Source: Octopus bimaculoides
Lineage: Eukaryota
Assembly (NCBI RefSeq): GCF_001194135.2
Contig: NC_069000.1
Span: 28,661,979-28,705,523, forward strand
Direction: 5' to 3'
Length of the DNA stretch: 43,545 nucleotides
Numbering within the stretch: the first letter of the stretch is position 1; each line of letters starts with the position of its first letter. Below the pieces are notes generated by a model that saw nothing but the letters and a program-made list of their open reading frames with translations, searched no databases and was not told where the DNA came from. Shown here piece after piece: positions 1-8,979 of the stretch. Position numbers and translations under genes: made by a program.

Positions 1-318
1 TATATATATATATATATATATATATATCACTCTGACTGAGCTGGAAAGTCACAGTAGGTGACTTCAATAAAGAAGGCCATGTGTAATCCCTTGACAAGGA
101 CCTCATCAACCAAATCCTTATATGTGGATTTGTTTAGCTGGTGAGAAATAACAAATGTGTACTCCAAGGCTGTTGTAAGTTCAACATGTATCTATGTCAG
201 ATAATTCTTCAAGCAAACTATACATATGTGCACATTATATATATATAATGTATACATATGTATAGTTATTGTTATTATCAATTATTTAAATTTGTTGCTG
301 ATAATAACAACAACAACA

Positions 319-350
<32 letters not shown>

Positions 351-492
351 ATCTTTACGAATATTTACTTTGAATATTTACTCATTCTTATATATATATA
401 CATATATATATTATGCACTGAAATTGTTTTGAATTTGGTGCAGGACTATTTAAGACAATGGATTACAAGGCGAGATGGATTTTTCATTTTAG

Positions 493-553
493 GTGAAGCA
501 AGACCTGCAGGGGAGAATTGAGGTGCTAGCTAGAATTCAAAATCATGATCCAG
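493..553 (+). other. Candidate internal coding exon (VKQDLQGRIEVLARIQNHDP)
   Basis: Acceptor ttttcattttag| and donor cag|gtacat; only one of three frames is open. No homology recognised. Confidence 0.25.
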
Positions 554-736
554 GTACATCTGTTACATTATTCTATGGCTTTTTAGTTCAGATAATGTTA
601 AATTCTGCTTGTTTGCCCGGTTTCTGTTGGCCCGTTACATATTTTCAGTGAGATTAGTGGTTAAGTTGGGGGTTTTACTTTCATTCTCTAACAAGCTGGT
701 GCTTTGTGTACCCTCTAATATAATTATATATATATA

Positions 737-785
<49 letters not shown>

Positions 786-1210
786 CAATTAAGCAGCCAT
801 CAAGTCTAAAGACAGGAATCACACACCTACTAAATTCTTGATGCCACAACCAGCCATCAAAGGTCTCTACATGCTTTGGGGCCTTTCAATCCATTGCCAT
901 TAACACCTACCCCACCTTTACATTATATTCTTTGTATATTTTATCATTTGGAATATACATAATGTGCACATAGGAATTCCATACATAGATCCAGTGACGA
1001 AAGCACAATACCGTGGATGACGCCTGGTACCTGTAAGTAGTGAACGTGCTCTGCAGGCACATACCTGCGAGTTACCCGAAACAAAGTTTGAGTACTGCAT
1101 TTTAATGCTGCCAATCTTAAATTTAATTTAAATTTAACTTATACCCATTCCTAATAATTCCTCAAACAGAAACAATGTAAAAAGAATGAAGTAACTTGCC
1201 TAGAAACACA

Positions 1211-1360
1211 TTTTTTTTTTTTTCCTCTCCTTGTATGTTCTTTCATTCAGAAAAAGAGTGTGTACTCAAAATGTAAAACATTTCCTTCGTCTTCATATTA
1301 TATCCTTTTGCACCATATACAATATATATATTTATACATACACATATAAACATACATACA

Positions 1361-1396
<36 letters not shown>

Positions 1397-2318
1397 NNNN
1401 NNNNNNNNNNNNNNNNNNNNNNNNNNNNNNNNNNNNNNNNNNNNNNNNNNNNNNNNNNNNNNNNNNNNNNNNNNNNNNNNNNNNNNNNNNNNNNNNNNNN
1501 NNNNNNNNNNNNNNNNNNNNNNNNNNNNNNNNNNNNNNNNNNNNNNNNNNNNNNNNNNNNNNNNNNNNNNNNNNNNNNNNNNNNNNNNNNNNNNNNNNNN
1601 NNNNNNNNNNNNNNNNNNNNNNNNNNNNNNNNNNNNNNNNNNNNNNNNNNNNNNNNNNNNNNNNNNNNNNNNNNNNNNNNNNNNNNNNNNNNNNNNNNNN
1701 NNNNNNNNNNNNNNNNNNNNNNNNNNNNNNNNNNNNNNNNNNNNNNNNNNNNNNNNNNNNNNNNNNNNNNNNNNNNNNNNNNNNNNNNNNNNNNNNNNNN
1801 NNNNNNNNNNNNNNNNNNNNNNNNNNNNNNNNNNNNNNNNNNNNNNNNNNNNNNNNNNNNNNNNNNNNNNNNNNNNNNNNNNNNNNNNNNNNNNNNNNNN
1901 NNNNNNNNNNNNNNNNNNNNNNNNNNNNNNNNNNNNNNNNNNNNNNNNNNNNNNNNNNNNNNNNNNNNNNNNNNNNNNNNNNNNNNNNNNNNNNNNNNNN
2001 NNNNNNNNNNNNNNNNNNNNNNNNNNNNNNNNNNNNNNNNNNNNNNNNNNNNNNNNNNNNNNNNNNNNNNNNNNNNNNNNNNNNNNNNNNNNNNNNNNNN
2101 NNNNNNNNNNNNNNNNNNNNNNNNNNNNNNNNNNNNNNNNNNNNNTTTTTTTTTTTTTCCTCTCCTTGTATGTTCTTTCATTCAGAAAAAGAGTGTGTAC
2201 TCAAAATGTAAAACATTTCCTTCGTCTTCATATTATATCCTTTTGCACCATATACAATATATATATTTATACATACACATATAAACATACATACATGCAT
2301 ATATATATATATATATAT
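1211..2318 (+). repeat. Identical direct repeat of about 175 bp on both sides of the first N-gap (probable unmerged contig overlap)
   Basis: 1211-1396 and 2146-2318 are identical apart from homopolymer and TA-run length, and they flank gap 1397-2145. Confidence 0.85.
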
Positions 2319-2639
2319 GGGAGAATTTACGAAAAAAACAACAACAGATGAGGACAGGTGGTGTAAACATACAAAGTTTTATACTTTAAATATATTCCTC
2401 TTATTATCATCAAAGAATGTATATATGCATTTTAATACTCAAACTGTTTTTTAACATTTTCTATTATTCTCAAAGACTTTTGATAATCTTTTTCTAAAAA
2501 AGTGAAACCGGTTAAGTAAATAAATATCTTTAAAATAAGTGCATTTTCAAACCTTCTTTCATATATATTTCCACTCGTACGGTATTCCACAACTTTACTT
2601 TATTATATATATATATATTTATAATTATTTCAAGGCTGT

Positions 2640-2709
2640 ATATATGTATATATACTCTTATACTTGTTTCAGTCATTTCTGCAGCCATGCTGGAGCACAG
2701 CCTTTATAT
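2640..2709 (-). mobile_element. SINE 3'-tail remnant (copy A)
   Basis: ctcttatacttgtttcagtcatttctgcagccatgctggagcacagccttta. Same tail family as the SINE tails at 24385, 27715, 35591 and 38450. Confidence 0.8.
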
Positions 2710-3227
2710 AAATATATATATGTATATTTATATATATATACGTGTCATCATCACTAAATATTGTAATTTAGTAAAATGATAGTATTTAAAATCGTTGTTG
2801 TTAAGTAGTTTTCATAACTTCCAAAGGTCCCTGTCACTGGTCCCCGTATCACATGTGTTGTGATGATCTACTTTCAAACTAATTTGTGAAATTAAGCAGG
2901 ATGTATTTTAATCTGTATAATATTTATTTAAGCAACTTACCAGACATATTATTGCAAATTCTTTTGAAATCTCTCCCTGACAAGTTTATTCCACATTGTG
3001 ATTGTATTTCTATAAGGACTCAGCTGAGAACAGAACTCCAATATCATCTCCAACATAGAAGTTTGGATTACAAATGATTTTCAGTCTACTGTTAATGGAC
3101 TAACCAATTTACTTACCATACAATATATATATATTTATACTAATACAAGCATACACATATATACATTTCAACAATCAACATATACACGTTAAACGTACTA
3201 AACTATAAACTACCAACTTGTTTCAAC

Positions 3228-4151
3228 ATGAATGCAACCCATTTGTCTGATCCTGTTATGTTTTCAAGATTAGTTGTTTTTAGTATCATACCATTCTTCC
3301 TAATTGTGGGACTCATTGGTAACATGTTTGTGATATATATTTATGTACGCCAATCCCAGAAAAGCAACGTAGAAACATTCATCCTTGTACTAGCTGTCAT
3401 TGATCTCATTGGATGTATCTTTGGAATGCCTCTGGAAATGGCTGAACTTTATCCTGCAATTCAATCAAACTATTTGTGTAAAATATACAAGTTTATTGTC
3501 TACACCAGTTCTGTCATGTCGTCCTTCATTCTTCTCACAGTTTCCATTGAAAGGTTCAGAAAAATATGTTGTCCACTTGGAAAACAAATTACCCAAAATC
3601 TACGTCAGGCACTTATTGTTTACATAACAATAATATCGGTTGTACTACTCATACCAACTGTTACCTTTTTTGAAGGTGTTCCCTTTACCTATGAAAACAA
3701 GACATACATGATATGTGACCTTGACCTTAGAAGGTCATCTGTCTGGTCATATACTCTATCAATCGTAATTGTTCGCTTTATACTTTTCCTAACCATGACT
3801 GTACTTTATTCCTTTATTTGGAAGACTATTACTCAGCATCTCAGGAAAAAGCAAGGTAAAGAAGAAGCTCCCAGACAACAAGGAATCAATCGCACAATCA
3901 TTGTACTTATCTCAATCTCTGTTTTGGATTTTGTCAATTTTTCACCAACATGTGTCTTCTTTGTCATACATCCATACTGTAAAGATTCTAATTTGTTGCA
4001 GATCTTTAAATTAATTTTATATCGTGCTTGGATACTAAACCCCTCCTTAAATCCCATGGTGTATGGATTCTGCAACAAAAATTTCCAGAAAAGTTTTGTA
4101 AATATTTTTACTAGGGATAAAATTATTTTTGAAATGGAAGAGAAATTTTAG
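3228..4151 (+). CDS. Class A (rhodopsin-like) 7TM orphan GPCR, 307 aa, intronless CDS
   Basis: Seven hydrophobic segments. TM1 GN (GLIGN), TM2 LAVID, TM3 Cys (YLCK) plus ERF (DRY variant), ECL2 Cys (MICD), TM5 Tyr (VLYS), TM6 Pro (NFSP), TM7 NPMVY, then a helix-8-like FCNKNFQ. N-glycosylation sequons NAT and NKT. No stops. Confidence 0.93.
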   Translation: MNATHLSDPVMFSRLVVFSIIPFFLIVGLIGNMFVIYIYVRQSQKSNVETFILVLAVIDLIGCIFGMPLEMAELYPAIQSNYLCKIYKFIVYTSSVMSSFILLTVSIERFRKICCPLGKQITQNLRQALIVYITIISVVLLIPTVTFFEGVPFTYENKTYMICDLDLRRSSVWSYTLSIVIVRFILFLTMTVLYSFIWKTITQHLRKKQGKEEAPRQQGINRTIIVLISISVLDFVNFSPTCVFFVIHPYCKDSNLLQIFKLILYRAWILNPSLNPMVYGFCNKNFQKSFVNIFTRDKIIFEMEEKF

Positions 4152-4262
4152 GATTTGGTTTACACCACACATTCAATAGAGAGGAATTCTTTCAAGTAGA
4201 AGAAACATTTTCTTTGCTGACCATTTCCTGAGAAGAATACTATTTTCTTTCTNNNNNNNNNN

Positions 4263-4336
4263 AAATTGGAAAGGTTTGATTTCAAACCATGCCAGCATGG
4301 AAAGTGGATGTTAAATGATGATGATGATGATGATGA
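4263..4336 (+). mobile_element. RTE-type 3' tail fragment ending in (GAT)n
   Basis: ccatgccagcatggaaagtggatgttaaatgatgatgat matches the LINE tail at 7195-7230. Confidence 0.75.
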
Positions 4337-5420
4337 ACCTTTTAAAATATGCTGTTTATATCCTTGATCCAGTGTCAGTCTAAGGTCGGTTAGTATCAGA
4401 AAGGCCTATTTGAACACCTCAAGTTTCTCTGTTACATATTTATTCTAGCTTCTGTTGTAGTTTTATACTTTCTCTCGACCCATAACTGTGTATCAAAGTT
4501 CTCTTTTAAACTCCAAACTATTTGGAACCTACAGTTTCTGAATTACATATTAAATCTGCATTAAAAACATACTGGAAAAAAGAAAACAAAATTGTTGCTG
4601 TTGGTGTTGTCGCAGTCATCATCATTATTATTACCACCGTCATCATCATCTTCATCATCATAACTCTTTTGTAAACTTTTCCCTCCTTGAGTTTGTTGGT
4701 CAAGTTTTCTACACAGAATTATGTTATTCCTGTCTTTGTATCAACTTTTTTAAATCACAGTTTTAGACTGGCCAACCCATGGAGATCATCATTAATATCT
4801 GCACCTATGCTTGTTATATGTTCCTAACAATGGATTCACTTCTTTTGTGCAATTCATTTGTCAGAGAAAGGATTTAAAATTAATCTCTTGCGCTTTTAGC
4901 AATTCTAAGACAATTTAAAAAATAGCAATTAAAATTCTCTTTCAATGAAAATGTTTGATATTCTTTAATGAGCAAAAAATTATTTTGAAACCCAGCAACT
5001 CTTCAATCTTGTATTTTCATACATCATTAGCAACTTTTATACTTATTTAAGAAATAAACACTTCTAGTGTTGTGATTAACATTGTTCTCGTCTCACATTT
5101 CAACATTTATTTACGTGTCTTTGGTACAAGCAATGTATTATATATATGTGTGTGCGTGTTAATATGTTTGATATCTTCAATTTATGGAATGCATCCTGTT
5201 TGTAAACGTATTAAACCTAGTAATTTTATGTTTTGGAGATTGTCGTTAATGGATGTGTTGAATTTTACATATATTTTCCTATTTTGTTTAGTTCCACATG
5301 ACTCCAAATTGAGAAGACTTATTTTATCCAACACTTTAGGTACTTATTTCAAACCCTGCCAAAGCCTTCATTTTATCTAACCCTATCCAGAGGTAGAGAA
5401 CATAAAGTACCATTCAAGTA

Positions 5421-5867
5421 CCTGAGATGCTGAGTAATGGTCTTCCAAGTGGGGGAGTGAGGTGCAGTCATGGTTGGGAGAATTATGATGAGAACAATTA
5501 AGGCTGATGGAGTATGTAGCCAGGCTCCTGACCTTCTAAAGTTATTATCACATACCATGTACATCTTGTTTGCATAGGTGGGGGGAGCACTTTCGGGAGG
5601 GTAGCAGTTGGTACGATTGGTACAACCGATGTTGTTGTTGGGGAAACAGTGAGTGTCTGACGTGGATTTTGGGTGATTTGTTTTCCAAGTCGACAGCATA
5701 TTTTTCTGAACCTTTCAGTGGCAACTGTGAGAAGAGTGAGGGACGACATGATAGAGCAGGTGTAGACAATGAACTTGTATGTTTTGCACAAGTAATTTGA
5801 TTGAATTGCATGATGGAGTTCAGTTTCCGGAGGCGTTCCAGGGATACATCCAATCAGATCAATGACA
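5421..5867 (-). pseudogene. Inverted, truncated GPCR paralog fragment (end of TM2 to start of ICL3), A>G hypermutated on the + strand
   Basis: The reverse complement aligns to 3395-3845 (451 nt versus 447 nt) with one in-frame 3-bp deletion and one 1-bp frameshift in a T6 run. ORF-track pieces 5498-5791 (KFIVYTCSIMSSLTLLTVATERFRKICC) and 5373-5699 (WKTITQHLR) match the GPCR. TM1 and TM6-7 are absent. Confidence 0.92.
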
Positions 5868-7246
5868 CTGAAATTAACATGGAAAATATGCAGAAAACAA
5901 CCTTTGCCACACTCCAGGGAGAAAAACTAGAAGTAGTTGATAACTTCTGCTACCTAGGTGACCAAGTTTGTAGCGGGAGAGGGTGCACTGAAAGTGTAGC
6001 TGCTAGAATAAGAATAGCCTGGGCAAAGTTTAGAGAACTCTTACCACTGCTGGTGACAAAGGGCCTCTCACTCATAGTAAAAGGCAGACTGTATGACGCA
6101 TGTGTACGAACATCCATGCTACAAGGCAGTGAAACATGGGCCGTGACTGCTGAGGACATGCGTAAGCTTGCAAGAAACGAAGCCAGTATGCTCCGGTGGA
6201 TGTGTAATGTCAGTGTGCATATTCGACAGAGTGTAAGTACCTTGAGAGAAAAGTTAGACCTAAGAAGCATCAGTTGTGGTGTGCAAAAGATACGATTGCG
6301 CTGGTATGGACATGTGGCAAGACTGGATGAGGATAGCTGTGTGAAAAAGTGCCACAACCTAGCAGTTGAGGGAACCTGGGGAAGAGGTAGACCCAGGAAG
6401 ACCTGGGATGAGGTGCTGAAGCATGACCTTCGAACTCTAGGCCTCACCGAGGCAATGACTAGTGACCGGGACCTTTGGAAATATGCAGTACGTTAGAAGG
6501 CCCGGCAAGGCAAGTGCGTGCATAATCTGTGACCTCTGCCAGAAGTGTAGCCAGCTCACTAATTCATATTTTTACTTCACTGGACACTAAACTCTGCTTG
6601 CGAAGACCTGTTGGGGCAAGTGAATTTTGGAATTTGAAATTTGAAATCTGAAATCGAAATCGAACCAAATCCGATGACTGGCACTAATGCCAACCTCTCC
6701 TTCATTGGACACTAAACTCTGCTTGCGAAGACCTGTTGGGGCAAGTGAAATTGAAATCATAATTGAACCATACTCGATGACTGGCACCTGCGCCAGTGGA
6801 GGACTAACAGCACTGTCTCAGCGTGTTCATTACCAGAGCAGCTGTCTGGCTTCCGTGCTAGTGGCCTGTAAATAGCACCATTTGAGCGTAATTGATATCA
6901 GCGTTGCCTTCAAGCACTTGTGCTGGTGGCACGTTAGAAAATCATTCAAGTGAGGTCATTGCCAGTGCGCTGGACTGGCTCCCGTGCAGGTGGCACGTTA
7001 AATACACCTTTTTGAACGTGCCCATTGCCAGTACCGTGTGACTGGCCCTCGTGCCGGTGGCACGTAAAAGCACCCACTACACTCTCGGAGTGGTTGGCGT
7101 TAGGAAGGGCATCCAGCTGTAGAAACTCTGTCTGATCAGATTGGAGCCTGGTGCAGCTTTCTGGCTTGCCAGTCCTCAGTCAAATCGTCAAACCCATGCT
7201 AGCATGGAAAGCGGACGTTAAACGATGATAATAATAATATAATAAT
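5868..7246 (+). mobile_element. 5'-truncated RTE-clade LINE (C-terminal RT region, 3' UTR and GAT/AAT tail)
   Basis: Open frame about 5873-6496 contains LEVVDNFCYLG, ARIRIAWAKF, LYDACVRTSMLQGSETW, RLRWYGHVARL and GRGRPRKTW, typical of the RTE ORF C-terminus. The 3' UTR has internal repeats and ends ...gcatggaaagcggacgttaaacgatgataataat. Confidence 0.9.
6581..6749 (+). repeat. Two identical 44-bp direct repeats in the RTE 3' UTR
   Basis: tggacactaaactctgcttgcgaagacctgttggggcaagtgaa occurs at 6581-6624 and 6706-6749. Confidence 0.9.
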
Positions 7247-7260
7247 ATATATATATATAT

Positions 7261-7332
7261 ATATAAAGGCTGTGCTCCAGCATGGCTGCAGTCAAATGAC
7301 TGAAACAAGTATAAGAGTATATATACATATAT
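7261..7332 (+). mobile_element. SINE 3'-tail remnant (copy B, inverted near-identical twin of 2640-2709)
   Basis: The reverse complement equals 2640-2709 except for a 2-bp (ga) indel, with the same truncation point. Confidence 0.85.
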
Positions 7333-8359
7333 GTATATATATATACATATATGTATATATATACATATATATATACATATATGTATATATATATACATAT
7401 ATGTATATATATATACATATATATATATACATATNNNNNNNNNNNNNNNNNNNNNNNNNNNNNNNNNNNNNNNNNNNNNNNNNNNNNNNNNNNNNNNNNN
7501 NNNNNNNNNNNNNNNNNNNNNNNNNNNNNNNNNNNNNNNNNNNNNNNNNNNNNNNNNNNNNNNNNNNNNNNNNNNNNNNNNNNNNNNNNNNNNNNNNNNN
7601 NNNNNNNNNNNNNNNNNNNNNNNNNNNNNNNNNNNNNNNNNNNNNNNNNNNNNNNNNNNNNNNNNNNNNNNNNNNNNNNNNNNNNNNNNNNNNNNNNNNN
7701 NNNNNNNNNNNNNNNNNNNNNNNNNNNNNNNNNNNNNNNNNNNNNNNNNNNNNNNNNNNNNNNNNNNNNNNNNNNNNNNNNNNNNNNNNNNNNNNNNNNN
7801 NNNNNNNNNNNNNNNNNNNNNNNNNNNNNNNNNNNNNNNNNNNNNNNNNNNNNNNNNNNNNNNNNNNNNNNNNNNNNNNNNNNNNNNNNNNNNNNNNNNN
7901 NNNNNNNNNNNNNNNNNNNNNNNNNNNNNNNNNNNNNNNNNNNNNNNNNNNNNNNNNNNNNNNNNNNNNNNNNNNNNNNNNNNNNNNNNNNNNNNNNNNN
8001 NNNNNNNNNNNNNNNNNNNNNNNNNNNNNNNNNNNNNNNNNNNNNNNNNNNNNNNNNNNNNNNNNNNNNNNNNNNNNNNNNNNNNNNNNNNNNNNNNNNN
8101 NNNNNNNNNNNNNNNNNNNNNNNNNNNNNNNNNNNNNNNNNNNNNNNNNNNNNNNNNNNNNNNNNNNNNNNNNNNNNNNNNNNNNNNNNNNNNNNNNNNN
8201 NNNNNNNNNNNNNNNNNNNNNNNNNNNNNNNNNNNNNNNNNNNNNNNNNNNNNNNNNNNNNNNNNNNNNNNNNNNNNNNNNNNNNNNNNNNNNNNNNNNN
8301 NNNNNNNNNNNNNNNNNNNNNTATATATATATACATATATATATATTTGTATATATACA

Positions 8360-8445
8360 TGTATTGTTTGAGACCCCCTTCGGTCATGACTGACCATGGG
8401 ATTGCACCTAGAAAGTTACCCTCCCAGGCACAAGTCCGGGCAAGG
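8360..8445. mobile_element. Truncated interspersed repeat of unknown class
   Basis: gagacccccttcggtcatgactgaccatgggattgcacctagaaagttaccctccc: recognised from memory as a common octopus repeat end; only one copy in this window. Confidence 0.35.
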
Positions 8446-8460
8446 TTGTTGTTGTTGTTT

Positions 8461-8712
8461 AGTGAGGGGAATTTGCCTGTATTGCGGGAAACGGATTTGC
8501 TCTTTATGTAGAGTGGTTCTCCTTCTAAAGGTCAAACTCGTCTGTCCAATATAGTTGTATCCACAACCCGAGCAGGTTATTACATAAATTGGTTTCTCGG
8601 AGGCACAAGTGAAACTAGTTTAATTGTGAACCTCTGTCCTTGTTTGAAAAGGGAATCTGAGCCTTCAAGTAAGTTGAGGCAGGGTCCACAGTTTGGGCAT
8701 CCACATTTTTTT
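8461..8712 (-). mobile_element. Penelope-like element fragment: Cys-rich linker plus GIY-YIG endonuclease (frameshifted)
   Basis: Manual minus-strand translation gives KKCGCPNCGPCLNLLEGSDSLFKQGQRFTIK, a 1-nt frameshift, then SFTCASEKPIYVITCSGCGYNYIGQTSLTFRRRTTLHKEQIR. IY...CxxC..YIGQT...R...H is the GIY-YIG signature. Not present in the ORF track. Confidence 0.8.
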
Positions 8713-8819
8713 AAACTTTACAAATCAACCATGAAACCAGCGTGTTTTTATGTGGTACTAGTGCAAGTGCATGTTATGTGCCACAGGCATGAGGGCATCT
8801 TATGTGGCACAGGCATACA

Positions 8820-8972
8820 CCGGAGTGGTTGGCGTTAGGAAGGGCATCCAGCTGTAGAAACTCTGCCAAATTTAGATTGGAGTCTGGTGTTGCCATCCGG
8901 TTTCACCAGTCCTCAGTCAAATCGTCCAACCCATGCTAGCATGGAAAGTGGATGTTAAACGATGATGATGAT
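8820..8972 (+). mobile_element. RTE 3'-tail copy (truncated LINE or SINE tail)
   Basis: cggagtggttggcgttaggaagggcatccagctgtagaaactctg...gatgttaaacgatgatgat, closely similar to 7087-7230. Confidence 0.85.
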
Positions 8973-8979
8973 AGATGTA

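Noticed and set aside
1231-2211. Long ORFs made largely of X (also around 7180-8511, 23921-24310, 24591-25464, 27526-27812, 36306-37373, 38078-38332)
   Set aside because: They run through N-gaps and microsatellites; no coding evidence.
3395-3845. Reverse polarity (C>T deamination in the intact gene, APOBEC or methylation type)
   Set aside because: The intact gene has normal hydrophobic TM residues and the copy has prolines inside helices, so T is ancestral.
3400-4078. Alternative-frame ORFs 3400-3627, 3833-4078, 5548-5853, 5570-5800 and 5950-6447
   Set aside because: They are shadows of the GPCR, its copy, or the LINE ORF in other frames or strands.
5421-5867. GC-biased gene conversion or codon-bias drift as the cause of the C-rich copy
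   Set aside because: These would be strand-symmetric or confined to third positions. Observed T>C is 49 versus A>G 4, with many damaging non-synonymous changes.
5801-6496. 231-aa ORF as an intact gene
   Set aside because: Its first 22 or so codons are antisense GPCR and the rest is the C-terminal part of an RTE ORF. It lacks the endonuclease and the RT catalytic core.
6581-7070. CRISPR-like repeat array
   Set aside because: Only two 44-bp copies plus degenerate subrepeats of about 65 bp, inside a eukaryotic LINE 3' UTR.
5400-7260. Target-site duplication flanking the GPCR-fragment plus LINE unit
   Set aside because: The sequence before 5421 (cattcaagta) does not match the AT microsatellite after 7246. 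No TSD is visible, so a single clean insertion event is not proven.
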